A stretch of DNA of 64,000 bases from assembly GCA_964486045.1 (NCBI GenBank), contig CAZALK010000001.1, forward strand, positions 552,242 to 616,241. Direction: 5' to 3'. Positions within the stretch are counted from its first letter, which is position 1. Each line of letters starts with the position of its first letter. The notes beneath the pieces were generated by a model. It was not told where the DNA came from, made no database searches, and saw only the letters and a program-made list of their open reading frames with translations. The position numbers were made by a program, and so were the translations under genes. Of the stretch, positions 1 to 10,592 are shown piece after piece. This DNA comes from an uncultured archaeon (GTDB lineage: Archaea > Asgardarchaeota > Lokiarchaeia > Sigyniarchaeales > SOKP01).

Positions 1-717
1 TTAACACACATAAATTTTGTGTATGGGTGATTTATATTACGATTTTTTGGAGTTGGTGTAATTATCTCTTGAGCAGTAAAGGATTTTTTGGACCAAGCAA
101 AAGGATTATTCGAGGCCATTTTACTGAATTTTTCAAAAAGTCCCCCAATATTTAACTGATGTTCTTTTAAGTTTCTCCTTGAGGCTCTCCTTAATGCGGT
201 TTCGAAAATAGCATATGATATTGAGGGAATATATAAGCTGTATTTTTTTTCAAATTCGTTTAAGCTTTTCATTTTTCCTGCTTCTGGGAATTTAGATTTT
301 TTGTATTTCGGCCAGTTTAAAACAATCTCTCCTTTTCGTGCTAGACTCGTTGAATACCATGTTTCTCCGCCTGCAATGAGGATCATTTTACTTTTTCCTT
401 CAATTATAGATAGAGCTGCTTGATTGAGTAGTTTTAGAGATGTATTTCCACCAGATGATGATAAGACTTTATTTAATGGTTTTATTCCAAGCATCTCACA
501 TAATTCACCAGGAGCATCCTCATATGACCAACTAACAAAAAATACAAGAGAGACTAAATCAATTATTTCATTTAAATATACTATTCCGGTATCCTCTATC
601 GCTAATTTACTTGCTTTAGCAATTAACTTAAGCGGATCTAGTGGATTTTGTGTTTCTTTAGGTTGAGTATTACTGAGCCGCACCAATAATAATTGGCCAA
701 GATTTTAAATTCTTCAT
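1..717 (-). pseudogene. thiolase-like acetyl-CoA acetyltransferase, 5' part, frameshifted after codon 15; runs off window edge
   Basis: Manual translation: MKNLKSWPIIIGAAQ* then, one base shifted, TQPKETQNPLDPLKLIAKA...SGGNTSLKLLNQAA...ILIAGGETW...YAIFETA...NPFAW...HPYTKFMC. Extra A in CAGTAATACT (~670). Confidence 0.7.
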
Positions 718-755
718 AGTTAGAAAAAAAAATTTGTATTGAAATCAAAGTTAAA

Positions 756-1301
756 CTATAATTTCATTAAATATTCCTCTGGAATTTCTTGTCCTAAACC
801 AGCTTCTTTAAATTTCTGACCATTTTGCACGTAAAGATTCGAACCTCCTTTTCTTATTTTACTGCCGGGATACTCTTTCTTTTTCGTTGCTGGTATTCCT
901 GCATAAAGACAATTATCATCTGCTTGACCTCCAATAACAGATCCCCCAGCTATGATAACTCCGCTTCCAATAATAGAGTTGTGCAGAACAGTTGCTCCCA
1001 TACCTATAAGAGTTAAGTCTCCTATAGTTGCTGGACCATGGACAATTGATAAATGCCCAAGAGTCACATTTTTTCCTAATTTTACTAAACCTTTAACTGT
1101 GGTATGGATCACACAATTTTCTTGAATGCATGAGTTTTTCCCTACTATAATTTTTCCCCAATCTCCTCTAATTTTGGCTCCAAACCACATGTTCACATAA
1201 GCACCGATTTCCACATCTCCAATTATAACTGCGTCTTTTGCAATGAACGCGGTGGGATGAATACAAGGGATGGTTCCGTCAAAAGGTGATTTAACAATCA
1301 T
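756..1301 (-). CDS. gamma-class carbonic anhydrase / hexapeptide-repeat family protein
   Basis: IHPTAFIA..A.IIGDV.IG, IRGD, IQENCVIH, GHLSIVHG. Confidence 0.9.
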   Translation of the reverse strand: MIVKSPFDGTIPCIHPTAFIAKDAVIIGDVEIGAYVNMWFGAKIRGDWGKIIVGKNSCIQENCVIHTTVKGLVKLGKNVTLGHLSIVHGPATIGDLTLIGMGATVLHNSIIGSGVIIAGGSVIGGQADDNCLYAGIPATKKKEYPGSKIRKGGSNLYVQNGQKFKEAGLGQEIPEEYLMKL

Positions 1302-1460
1302 TTTATCACACTCAATTCCTTTTAAAAAATTCGTTGATTTTTAAAGATTCATTAATTATTTAAGATTTTTGGATAGATTTTCTAATGAAGATCCTAAGTC
1401 ATAGATAATGAAAAATTAAAAAGTCAAAAATTCTACTTTTTAATTAACTATTAAATCTCG

Positions 1461-1955
1461 TTGTGGATATATATGAGAACCAATGTTATTTATGAAGAAA
1501 ATCTACAAATTTCAATTAACCAAGCGTATGATATCACACTGCAGTGGTTAAATAGCCAATATAAAGCAAAGATAAAAGAGTCAATCTCTCCCAATTTTAT
1601 TGATGCGAAGCAGGGGACAATGATGACTAACACTGGTCATGATCCGAATTGGAAAAAGAGAATTCGAGTTAGTTTTTATGAGCTGGAAGGAAGTAGAGCA
1701 TTAATAAGAGTGGAAACAAGACCATTATCACGGAATATATTAAGAGTAGAAAAGCTCAAACAATCATGGTATGATGGATTATTTATCCATTTATTCTCTT
1801 TACTCCGTACTGTCGGAAAGGATTCACAACCAGAGATAATTGCTAAAATTAAAAGTGAAGAGCAACCCAACATTAAATACTGCTCTAATTGTGGGAAAAA
1901 AATTGAAAAAAAAGCTATTATCTGCTCATCTTGTGGAATTGAAATAAACTACTGA
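1461..1955 (+). CDS. hypothetical protein with C-terminal zinc ribbon
   Basis: YCSNCG...CSSCG at C-terminus; ATG at 1473 is the more likely start. Confidence 0.75.
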   Translation: MWIYMRTNVIYEENLQISINQAYDITLQWLNSQYKAKIKESISPNFIDAKQGTMMTNTGHDPNWKKRIRVSFYELEGSRALIRVETRPLSRNILRVEKLKQSWYDGLFIHLFSLLRTVGKDSQPEIIAKIKSEEQPNIKYCSNCGKKIEKKAIICSSCGIEINY

Positions 1956-2213
1956 ACTAAGAAAACGGCAGAACTAATTAAGAAGCAAAACATTACAATC
2001 ATTAATAAAAAACTTATAAAATAACAAGATTCATCACCAGTTATATTACAAACAGTCGAAATCCAAATATACAAGATAATAGAGATTATAAATAAAAGAA
2101 ATGATAAAGTGATTTTATATTTCATTGCAATACGAAATCGCTTTATTCTATTAAGGTTTACTTTTTATAGTGTGTGACTAGGAAATGGTAAGATAGTACT
2201 TTTTTTCAATTTT

Positions 2214-2705
2214 TTACTTTTTAAAATTTTTCTTCTTTAACAAATGAGTCATCTCAAAAGACATGATAAATTCTTTTGAAAAGTCAGGATGAATTTTATT
2301 AATTGTGAATGAAGAATCTAATATACCTCTCTCGGAATAAGTCTTCGATTCTCTAGTAGTAAGAATTATAACTTCAACTTCCATTGTATCACCTACTCTT
2401 AAAGAGGTTTTAAATAGTAGATTTTTAATACCTAATAATGCGATGACTGTTTTTTCATAAACTCCTAACTTCAAAAAAAGCCCAATTGCCAAAGGAATGA
2501 TAAAGGGGCCGGGAAATACAGGTGATTCATAAGGCATTTCATTAGCAGCATAAATTTCGTCAAAAAACATTGATAAATTAAACCAGCATAAATTACAAAA
2601 GTCCATTAAGTCAGCTTCTCTTAAAGTCCTTCTAGAGGTTAGAAAAGTATCCCCCTCTTGAAATTCTTCAAAATATTTTCCTCTTCTTTCAGAAATATCA
2701 TTCAC
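2214..2705 (-). CDS. MaoC-family hot-dog fold dehydratase-like protein
   Basis: GKYFEEFQEGD..TSRRTL.EAD, LRVGDT; catalytic GDxNPxH motif degenerate. Confidence 0.8.
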   Translation of the reverse strand: MNDISERRGKYFEEFQEGDTFLTSRRTLREADLMDFCNLCWFNLSMFFDEIYAANEMPYESPVFPGPFIIPLAIGLFLKLGVYEKTVIALLGIKNLLFKTSLRVGDTMEVEVIILTTRESKTYSERGILDSSFTINKIHPDFSKEFIMSFEMTHLLKKKNFKK

Positions 2706-2930
2706 CCAACTGTCGCTTACTTTGTATCTGCGCAGTATTTTAATTTAAGTTCCACAATATTAATAAATTTTGATTTTTCAAAAAAATAGCTTATCATATC
2801 AATTTATATTAACGTTTTAGCCAAAGTTTTTAATTTTCTTCCTTCATTCTGTGAATAATCAAACACCTCAAAATTTAATGAGTAGAAAATAAAAATTGTG
2901 AAGAAAAGTAAACCAGTGATGAAAGTATAA

Positions 2931-3416
2931 ATGAAAAAAAACTGCGTTTCAATCAAAAGTTTCAATGATATCAATTATTATATTTCCGTAAAGATTGAAA
3001 GAAATGGTGAATTAAATAATCTTCAAAAAGGGGAGGAGAAAGTAGTAATTTATGTAAGAGACGATCCAGTAATAATAATACCGGGAACTTATTTTTCTTC
3101 GTTTAAAGATGCAATTGAAGAATTATCTGAAAAATCTCATCTCCATAATAAAAACAATGAAGAAATGACAATAGAAGTTCTTTTTACGAGGCTTTGTTTT
3201 GATATTCATACTTGGTCTGAAAATAATTATGGTAGTCAATATTTACATTTTAAAATTTCTTTACCACTTCTAAAAAAGCTTAGGGATGTAGGAGAAACGA
3301 AATTTCAAATTATTTTTCAACAAGAAATTTTAACAAGATATGCTACAAGTACAGCAAGAGTAAAAGGATTTTTAGAACAAGAAGGGTATTTAAAACTTAT
3401 TAGTGACTTTTTTTGA
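2931..3416 (+). CDS. hypothetical protein (Lokiarchaeia-type helical domain)
   Basis: F..LC..IHTW.ENNY.SQYLH.KISLPLLKKL.DVG...F..EI..RY, recalled from Lokiarchaeia LRR-associated proteins. Confidence 0.55.
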   Translation: MKKNCVSIKSFNDINYYISVKIERNGELNNLQKGEEKVVIYVRDDPVIIIPGTYFSSFKDAIEELSEKSHLHNKNNEEMTIEVLFTRLCFDIHTWSENNYGSQYLHFKISLPLLKKLRDVGETKFQIIFQQEILTRYATSTARVKGFLEQEGYLKLISDFF

Positions 3417-3665
3417 ATTGTTGAATTTTGATTTATATATGTCTTTAGCATATTATCCTATTTTTATCTTATAAACTAGTTCTCAACATCAAAAAACCTA
3501 ATATATCCTTGACATTAGCGTCAGAATCTATTATATATGTATAACTAAAAGTAGAGATCTCTGCTTAGGAATATTGATAAATTAAACGCTTTAAGAAAAT
3601 TATTATTCTTTGAAATCTTTTTAGAATCATCTATTTTCAATAAATTTTTAGATTGGACTCTTGGC

Positions 3666-5198
3666 TTGGAGAATAACAACATGAATACAGAAGAGAAGTT
3701 AGAATTAATGAAAGTTATGTTTAATCCCAAAAACGTAGCAATTATAGGGGCCACTGATAACATGATGAAAATTGGTTCTCGTGTTTTTACAAGTGTTTTA
3801 GGTTGTGGTTTTACAAAGAATGTTTATGGTATAAATCCTAATCCTAAATATGAAAATAAGAAAGTTTTTGGCTGTGATGTATACCCATCGCTTGATAAAT
3901 GTCCTGAACAAATTGATCTTGTAGGAGTGGTTGTTCCCCCACATGCTGTTGTAAGTTCAGTAAAATTAGCTATTGAAAACGATGTTAGAACAGCAGCCAT
4001 TATTACCGCGGGTTTTGGAGAAGTAAAAAATGAAGAACGACAAGATGAAAACAAAGAATTAGTTAACGTCGCTAAAAAGGGAGGATTGATTTTTGTAGGG
4101 CCTAATTCAATGGGTTTTTATTCATCAGAAGATAAAGTATCTCCTCTTCATTTAGGATTTGGATTTATGATACCAAGACCCGGAAATTTGTCAATTGTTT
4201 CGCAATCTGGAACAATGGGAACTGTTCTATGTAGTGCGTTTCAAAATATCAGATATTTTGTATCAAGTGGGAATGAAGCATCCCTAACTTTAGAAGATTA
4301 TTTAGAATATTATGCCCAAGATCGAGAAACTAAAACAATAGCTTTATTTGCTGAGGGTTTACGAGCAGGTTCACGATTTAAAGACATTTGTACTGAAACT
4401 ACAAGAACAAAACCAATCATTTTTCTTAAAGCCGGGACCACTAAAACTGGAGCTAGAGCCGCAAACAGTCATACCGGGTCAATAGCAGGTTCATTAAATA
4501 TTTACAAATCTTTATTTAAACAAACAGGTGTGATTTCTGCAGATCAAATAGAGCAATTTGTTTATTTAGTTAAAGGAGCGCAATTTTTATTGCCACTTCC
4601 GACAAATGGGCGTTTAAGGGTAGGAATCATTAGCGGGGGAGGTGGATTTGTTGTTCACCTTACAGATCTTTGTGAAAAACACGGGATTTATGTTGTTGAT
4701 TTAAAAACTGAACCTAATGGTCTCAAACTTATAGAGGATATTTCAGAACATCTTCCTTTTTATTGGAGCCATAACAATCCTGTTGACCTGGTTGCTACTC
4801 GTAATCCTGGAGCTTATCGGACAATTACTGAATTAATGTTAAACTCCGATTGTTTTGACATAATTCTTACAATGTCATCTGCAAGCTTCCTAGATCGAAT
4901 GAAACTCTTAAAACCTTTAAATGAGTACGGAAAAAAAATGATGGAAATGATGATGCATAGAGCAAGTGATCGGTATGACCAAGCAATCGCAAATGAAATT
5001 GAGTTATGCCAGAAATTCCCCGATAAGCGGATAATATATATTTCCTTTACATCAAGTATGGGGAGTCTTTCTCTTGAAAAGTATGATGAGAATAAGATAA
5101 TGGTTTTTGGAGGGAATCCCGAGAACGCGGCTGTAGTTTTAAGAAAGCTTCACGACTATCAAAAATTTATTAATGCGAAAAAGAAAAAAAAGACGTGA
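3666..5198 (+). CDS. ADP-forming acyl-CoA synthetase alpha subunit (CoA-binding protein)
   Basis: FNPKNVAIIGA, ITAGFGE, VGPNSMG, VSQSG, phospho-His motif SHTGS, NNPVD. Confidence 0.9.
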   Translation: MENNNMNTEEKLELMKVMFNPKNVAIIGATDNMMKIGSRVFTSVLGCGFTKNVYGINPNPKYENKKVFGCDVYPSLDKCPEQIDLVGVVVPPHAVVSSVKLAIENDVRTAAIITAGFGEVKNEERQDENKELVNVAKKGGLIFVGPNSMGFYSSEDKVSPLHLGFGFMIPRPGNLSIVSQSGTMGTVLCSAFQNIRYFVSSGNEASLTLEDYLEYYAQDRETKTIALFAEGLRAGSRFKDICTETTRTKPIIFLKAGTTKTGARAANSHTGSIAGSLNIYKSLFKQTGVISADQIEQFVYLVKGAQFLLPLPTNGRLRVGIISGGGGFVVHLTDLCEKHGIYVVDLKTEPNGLKLIEDISEHLPFYWSHNNPVDLVATRNPGAYRTITELMLNSDCFDIILTMSSASFLDRMKLLKPLNEYGKKMMEMMMHRASDRYDQAIANEIELCQKFPDKRIIYISFTSSMGSLSLEKYDENKIMVFGGNPENAAVVLRKLHDYQKFINAKKKKKT

Positions 5199-5266
5199 TT
5201 TGTTTTAATCCTTATTATCACCCGAAATTTAAGGCATTTAGTTTAATAGACTTTTTTTCGCTTCCT

Positions 5267-6718
5267 TTATTCTAAATTTTCATCTGCCTTGATGTGATTG
5301 TTTTGTACATAAATGGTTTCTAGGTTAGGTAGAACTTTAGTTTTCAGTATGTTGATTTGGTCTAAAAATCCCTTTCTCAGCTTAAATATTTCTTTATTAA
5401 TAACCAAAGTAGGGTTAACTGAAGTATAGGATCCATTAGTTGCTGAAATCCACTCCCTTTGATTTAATTTTTTAAGAGCATCTCTAACAATTTCTTTTTC
5501 AGTTTTCATTACATTACTCAATGTTGATTCACTAGCAATTCCTAATGATAAAAGAGTTGTGTAGGTTCTTATTTCAGGATCAGAAACGTTTAGAAATTGC
5601 ATATCCTTTAATATAGTTCCATCTATTTGTGTAATTCGCGTTTTTTTCCTCAGAGATTCTTTATCGATTTTTAAGATATCAATTTCATTAGAAGTAACGA
5701 TTTTTTTGGCCTTTACTATCTCATTAAAGATTTTTGCTCCTATTTCTGTTCGTACTACTACACTATTCCACTCGTTTTTAGGTACACCTACGCTTCCTAC
5801 AGATATATCAGCAATTTCAGCACTAAAATCTTTGCAATATTGACAACTTTCCCATGTATATTTCTTAATTTCCTTTAATGGAACCTTTTTTATAGTATCA
5901 TCATTCAAATAGAGATAGAATTTACCGTGCGAAACATCCATTTTCTTCACGCTAATTAGTGGTATTCCAAGCTCTCCCTGGATAAAATTTGTCATTAAAT
6001 CATAAGAATAGTTTGAGAAGCAAAAAAGTCCTATTATTAAGGTAAACTTCCCATATTCTTTTGAAAGAGGTGAGAACAATTGTAATTTTCTTACTGCATG
6101 AATTTGGCAAGGCATCCCAACAAATGCTAATTTTTCTAGTTTAAACTCATTAATAGCATTGTTATAGCTGCTTAAAGTTGGGGCGATAGTATATTTAGAA
6201 CCCATACACGACATTATTTCATTTGCTGTTCTCGCGATTATGGGTTTTGGAAACCAATGATCATCTTTATCTGTAAGAAGAACTCCGTCTATTAATCCAG
6301 TATCTAGAGCATGAATGAGCAGTGAAGATACTACTCCCCCGTTTTGAGCAACTTTCAATATTACATCATCCGTAGTTTTTGCCGCAACTATGTTCTGATA
6401 ATACCCCAATGGAAACCTTTTTTTTACTTTATCCTTAAATAATTCTCGTTCAAATATCTCTGCAGGAAAATACGTCCTAGGACAGTACCTGAAGCAAGTA
6501 GAACATTCAGGATCATACTCTAATAGTGTAGGCTCATTTTCATTCATCCCTATACGAGGGCATAATGAATCACATGCCCCACACAACACACAATTTCCTT
6601 TACTTATCACATGGTTATGTAATTCTTGAAACCCAATTCCAAGAACATTTGATTCCAAATAATTTTTCAGCTGATTTCTTCCTTCCATTTGCTTTTCCTC
6701 TATTTTATCATTCCCCAT
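5267..6718 (-). CDS. F420 hydrogenase/dehydrogenase beta-subunit family protein with N-terminal ferredoxin and C-terminal TrmB-like winged HTH
   Basis: CVLCGACDSLCP / CSTCFRYCP; AQNGGVV, GSKY, VGMPCQ, IGLFC, CQYCKDF..E.ADISVG; extra ~115-aa HTH-like tail. Confidence 0.85.
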   Translation of the reverse strand: MGNDKIEEKQMEGRNQLKNYLESNVLGIGFQELHNHVISKGNCVLCGACDSLCPRIGMNENEPTLLEYDPECSTCFRYCPRTYFPAEIFERELFKDKVKKRFPLGYYQNIVAAKTTDDVILKVAQNGGVVSSLLIHALDTGLIDGVLLTDKDDHWFPKPIIARTANEIMSCMGSKYTIAPTLSSYNNAINEFKLEKLAFVGMPCQIHAVRKLQLFSPLSKEYGKFTLIIGLFCFSNYSYDLMTNFIQGELGIPLISVKKMDVSHGKFYLYLNDDTIKKVPLKEIKKYTWESCQYCKDFSAEIADISVGSVGVPKNEWNSVVVRTEIGAKIFNEIVKAKKIVTSNEIDILKIDKESLRKKTRITQIDGTILKDMQFLNVSDPEIRTYTTLLSLGIASESTLSNVMKTEKEIVRDALKKLNQREWISATNGSYTSVNPTLVINKEIFKLRKGFLDQINILKTKVLPNLETIYVQNNHIKADENLE

Positions 6719-6763
6719 GTTTCATCACTATACACTCTAATTGCGTTACCTCTCCGTGAATAG

Positions 6764-6824
6764 CCTTTTCTAATAATAATCATGTTCTAAGCGAACACAT
6801 CCGTGAAGCATTTATTAGAAAAGG
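6764..6824. promoter_or_regulatory. 13-bp perfect inverted repeat upstream of the FrhB-HTH gene
   Basis: CCTTTTCTAATAA (6764-6776) / TTATTAGAAAAGG (6812-6824) enclosing inner hairpin GTTC-taagc-GAAC. Confidence 0.6.
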
Positions 6825-7169
6825 TTAGGCGGAAGTGTATCGCTTATAAAATCAATACTACTACGATAATACTAATTAAGGATAAAAATCCCCTCGTCAG
6901 TATTTTTGAAGCAGTATGATTTGAGTTCATAATTATATGATAATATCTTTTGAACATTTATAAACTTTTAGTTCATGTTTCAAAAGGAAATTACAGTATG
7001 GCTTGAAAATTCAATAATTAAACAATTTATTGACTAGACAAGGTTCCCTACTTGGTTATTATTGTTGTTGATAGAAATGTAAAAATTTAAATTTATAGCT
7101 GTAAATTTTTATTATACTATTAGTTTTTTACAAATTTGTAAAATAAAGAATTAAAGAGAGTGAAAAAAC

Positions 7170-7490
7170 ATGTATATATTAATAACCGTATGGTTCCCCG
7201 CTAGCAAAGCAGTTGAGGTTGGAAAAAAAGCACTTGAGATTATGGAAAAACTTCCGCAAGACGAGATGATCTCAAAGACAATTCTACCCGGGGGCTTAAT
7301 GAGAACCAAAAATGGAACAAAAGGAATCGCGGTTTATGAAGTTATGGAAGGTAAATTCGAGGAAGCCTTTAACCGAGCTAGTGAAATTCTAGCCCTTTAC
7401 GCAGAAGTGGAAGGATTGAATAGTAGAATAGACACTATGACAACAGCCGCAGAAGCTTTGGAAACCACAGGTCTTGCGATACCTGCCTAA
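7170..7490 (+). CDS. small hypothetical protein
   Basis: Clean ORF, GTGA-type RBS upstream, T-rich terminator downstream. Confidence 0.8.
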   Translation: MYILITVWFPASKAVEVGKKALEIMEKLPQDEMISKTILPGGLMRTKNGTKGIAVYEVMEGKFEEAFNRASEILALYAEVEGLNSRIDTMTTAAEALETTGLAIPA

Positions 7491-7608
7491 TAATTGAAAA
7501 ATTATTTTTTTCAATCTTTTGTTTTATTTTTATCATATCTCTTAAAGAAAACTTAGGAAACAACTTAGGAAAAAAATTATATCACATGTAAATCTTCAAA
7601 TTTTTGAG

Positions 7609-7992
7609 TTATTCATTTCCCAAAACGGCACGGGCTTTTTCCATGTTATCGACTCCGAGGACTAACTTATTGTTCTCGGCAAAATAGATTAGATCAATAT
7701 TAACACCAGTATCACCTATTTTACGAGCTATCTTGCCACCTGTCCCTGGTTTTCCTGCAATATTTCCAACATCAATAACGATGACTTCACGAACCGCCCG
7801 TACTTCGAAACCAGCTGCTTCCAGTACCCATTTGGTCGTGGTTTCATCTTCTACTAATATATGAATGATGGCTTCCTCTTTTAGAGGAAAACCGCAAATA
7901 CCTTCCATATTGATGTTATTTTTCCCCAAAATTTCCCCCATATCAGCTAATATACCCGGTTGATTTTTCAAAACAACAGTCATATCTTTCAT
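7609..7992 (-). CDS. tandem ACT-domain (amino-acid-binding) protein
   Basis: NQPGILA..LGKNNINME and KPG..GKIA..IGD.GVNID.IY; GGAGG RBS. Confidence 0.9.
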   Translation of the reverse strand: MKDMTVVLKNQPGILADMGEILGKNNINMEGICGFPLKEEAIIHILVEDETTTKWVLEAAGFEVRAVREVIVIDVGNIAGKPGTGGKIARKIGDTGVNIDLIYFAENNKLVLGVDNMEKARAVLGNE

Positions 7993-8225
7993 TATTTTAT
8001 TCCTCCTTTTCCTGCTTATTTATTTCTTATTTCATTTATAATTTCATTGTCACGAGAATTTCTTCCAATACATAATTATGTCTTTTCCCTTTTTAAGCTT
8101 TCTTTTAAATTTTATTTTATCTTAAATAAAGATAAGTAGGTATTCATAATCATCCTTACTTTTCTACATCTCAACAAACCGATACCCCCTATTTATTTTT
8201 TTTCACATATCGCACAGAATAAGTC

Positions 8226-9413
8226 TCAGATTATTAAAAAAAACCAATATAGCCCTAGTAATATTATAAAAGAAATAAGGATTGGTTTACCTAATAGTTT
8301 TATGACGCTAAAGAAATCTGCCTCAAAATATTCAATACTATAGGCAACACAAGGGTGAATAGGGGTAATTAGATACCCTAAAGAAATTGAAGTGTAGATA
8401 AAAATGAAATCTAAGAGTGGCATTGTATTACCAGTAAATTGTGCTATGTATATAGGAATTAAGATTGAAACGGGTAATTGAATACGTCCTGTTGCAAACC
8501 CAAGAAAAAAGCCAAGTAATATTAAAAGAAAAACTGATAAATCTAATGCAGCAATTTCCTCAGGGGCACCGGAGAGAACAAATACTTCTAAAAATATGAA
8601 CATAGAAAAAATTATTAGTGGGAATCGCCAAATTTTCATTTTTTTTGATATTTGTTTCACATTTGATAGCTTCATCTTCCCGAACCGTAAAGCTATCCAA
8701 ATGCTAAAAACAAGACCAATAAGGAGGATTATTTCTGGAACGGCGATATCAAAAAAAGTCCTCCCGATAAAATCAATTATTGGAGCAATCAAAATTGGAA
8801 GTAAATTATGAAATGCCCCTTTAAGATCCCTTTCCCCTTGTTCTGAGAAAGGAGAAATATTTTTGACCAGAGTAATGTACCCTATTAACCACATTACAAT
8901 TAGACCTGGTAACAACCCAAGTACAAGTATATAGAGATTAATATTAGTGAGAAAACTGGCTATAATTAATGAAGATGATAAGGGATAAATTATCAGCAAT
9001 ATGTGTCTATACCACACATTGATTGAGACTTTCTTGTTAGCATCCGCTTCAGGATCAATCTGTTGGACAATAGGTGCTGACATTAAGGCTCCCCCGGGTA
9101 CGGGTAATAACCCAAACAAAGCTGGTATCATCATTATAGAGGATTTCCGAGATATTCGCATTTTTCGAATCATCCCCATCATCAATCCCGATTCTTCCAT
9201 GATCCCTCCCAGAATTGGAATAAGGGTCATAATTATCATTAATGACAAAATTGAAGGATCTGTTAGCACGTTTATTAATGATTGTAAAATATTAACCCCC
9301 GCCAAAATAGCAAACCCTACGGCTCCTAAAGTTAATACTATACCTAATTCATACTTGGAAAGAGCCATAACTATGCCAATAATGATGATAAAACTTAACC
9401 AAGCTTGTAACAT
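8226..9413 (-). CDS. DUF401-family multi-pass membrane protein (IT-superfamily-like transporter)
   Basis: PALFGLLPVPGGALMSAP, INVWYRH, TPIHPC. Confidence 0.85.
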   Translation of the reverse strand: MLQAWLSFIIIIGIVMALSKYELGIVLTLGAVGFAILAGVNILQSLINVLTDPSILSLMIIMTLIPILGGIMEESGLMMGMIRKMRISRKSSIMMIPALFGLLPVPGGALMSAPIVQQIDPEADANKKVSINVWYRHILLIIYPLSSSLIIASFLTNINLYILVLGLLPGLIVMWLIGYITLVKNISPFSEQGERDLKGAFHNLLPILIAPIIDFIGRTFFDIAVPEIILLIGLVFSIWIALRFGKMKLSNVKQISKKMKIWRFPLIIFSMFIFLEVFVLSGAPEEIAALDLSVFLLILLGFFLGFATGRIQLPVSILIPIYIAQFTGNTMPLLDFIFIYTSISLGYLITPIHPCVAYSIEYFEADFFSVIKLLGKPILISFIILLGLYWFFLII

Positions 9414-9604
9414 ATCTATGAAAGTTAACGGCTATGATATTTCTACAAAAGTATTCTTAAAAAAATAAATGAGTCAATAATTACTTTCTCCTAAACTAAA
9501 AAATATTATCGAAAAAAATTTTTAAAGTGTTTGTTTTATCAAGTTCTATCAAAGCTGCTACCCTATATAAAGTAATGTACAATTGCCCATTATTGATATG
9601 CTTT

Positions 9605-10042
9605 TTAAAAACAATACATAGGCTTTAGAAGATCATTATCTAACATACTAAATTCCTCGGGAGTAGCTCCATGCAGTAAGGCAAGATGCAGTAACTTCAT
9701 TTTTAAGTTTTCTAAAGGTATTATTCCTTTGTGTGTTTGAATCTCATTGAGTAAACTTTTTACCATTTCATTTACAGGGAAAAATGGGTCTCTAAGCATC
9801 CCAAAATATCCACCAAATGCTAAAAACATGTTCGCAATGAGATTAATATCTTCATCAGAATTTATCGAATAACAGTGAGTACAAATCACCTTGAAATGAA
9901 ATTCTTCAGAATAAAATGCATTTCCTTGCTTGATTTTCTTATGACAAATTCCACAACTCTCAAAATTATGGGATTCCCTTTCCAATTCTTTACTTCCAAT
10001 CATTTTATGATCACTCTCTTTTTTACATTTATTGTTAAACAA
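9605..10042 (-). CDS. hypothetical protein with CxxC...CxxC zinc finger
   Basis: CGIC...ICTHC followed by FLAFGGYFG. Confidence 0.7.
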   Translation of the reverse strand: MFNNKCKKESDHKMIGSKELERESHNFESCGICHKKIKQGNAFYSEEFHFKVICTHCYSINSDEDINLIANMFLAFGGYFGMLRDPFFPVNEMVKSLLNEIQTHKGIIPLENLKMKLLHLALLHGATPEEFSMLDNDLLKPMYCF

Positions 10043-10205
10043 AGATCTATTTTATAGTTTCATTCTCGAAACTTTCCTTAAACTTTTAGATTTCTTTTAG
10101 ATTTCTTTAAAGGACTCAAATTCATCATTTCCAACCGTCAAGATTAAATTATGTTTAATTTCTAAAATTCTAAAATTTTAAAAGCTTAAAAAAAAAGAAT
10201 CTCAT

Positions 10206-10535
10206 ATGATAGCTAAAATCAATTTGGAGAGAAAAATTAAAGAGATTAACGGAAAACCATGGTCACCTATAGATATTACTCAGATAAATGACCAAGTAGT
10301 GAGATTGGCTCTAGTAAAAGGAGAATTTCATTGGCATAAGCACACAGATGAAGATGAACTTTTTTATGTTTTAAAAGGAAAAATCATTATCCAGCTAAAA
10401 GATCAACCCAATATAAATCTGAGTAAAGGAGAAATGGTAGTTATTCCCAAAGGAGTTGATCATTGCCCAAAAAGCTCAGAACCTTCTTATGTGTTATTAT
10501 TTGAACCATTAATTTTAAAAACTGCAGGAGATTAA
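10206..10535 (+). CDS. cupin domain protein
   Basis: GEFHWHKH.DEDELFYV..G; GEMVVIPKGVDHCP. Confidence 0.9.
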   Translation: MIAKINLERKIKEINGKPWSPIDITQINDQVVRLALVKGEFHWHKHTDEDELFYVLKGKIIIQLKDQPNINLSKGEMVVIPKGVDHCPKSSEPSYVLLFEPLILKTAGD

Positions 10536-10592
10536 AATCCTATCTTTTATAAATCTCAAAAAACTACAAAACTGATGGATTTCACGGTACAA

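Noticed and set aside
6764-6824. Hairpin as a SECIS element
   Set aside because: No AUGA/GA quartet with correct spacing, and no in-frame TGA in the adjacent genes.
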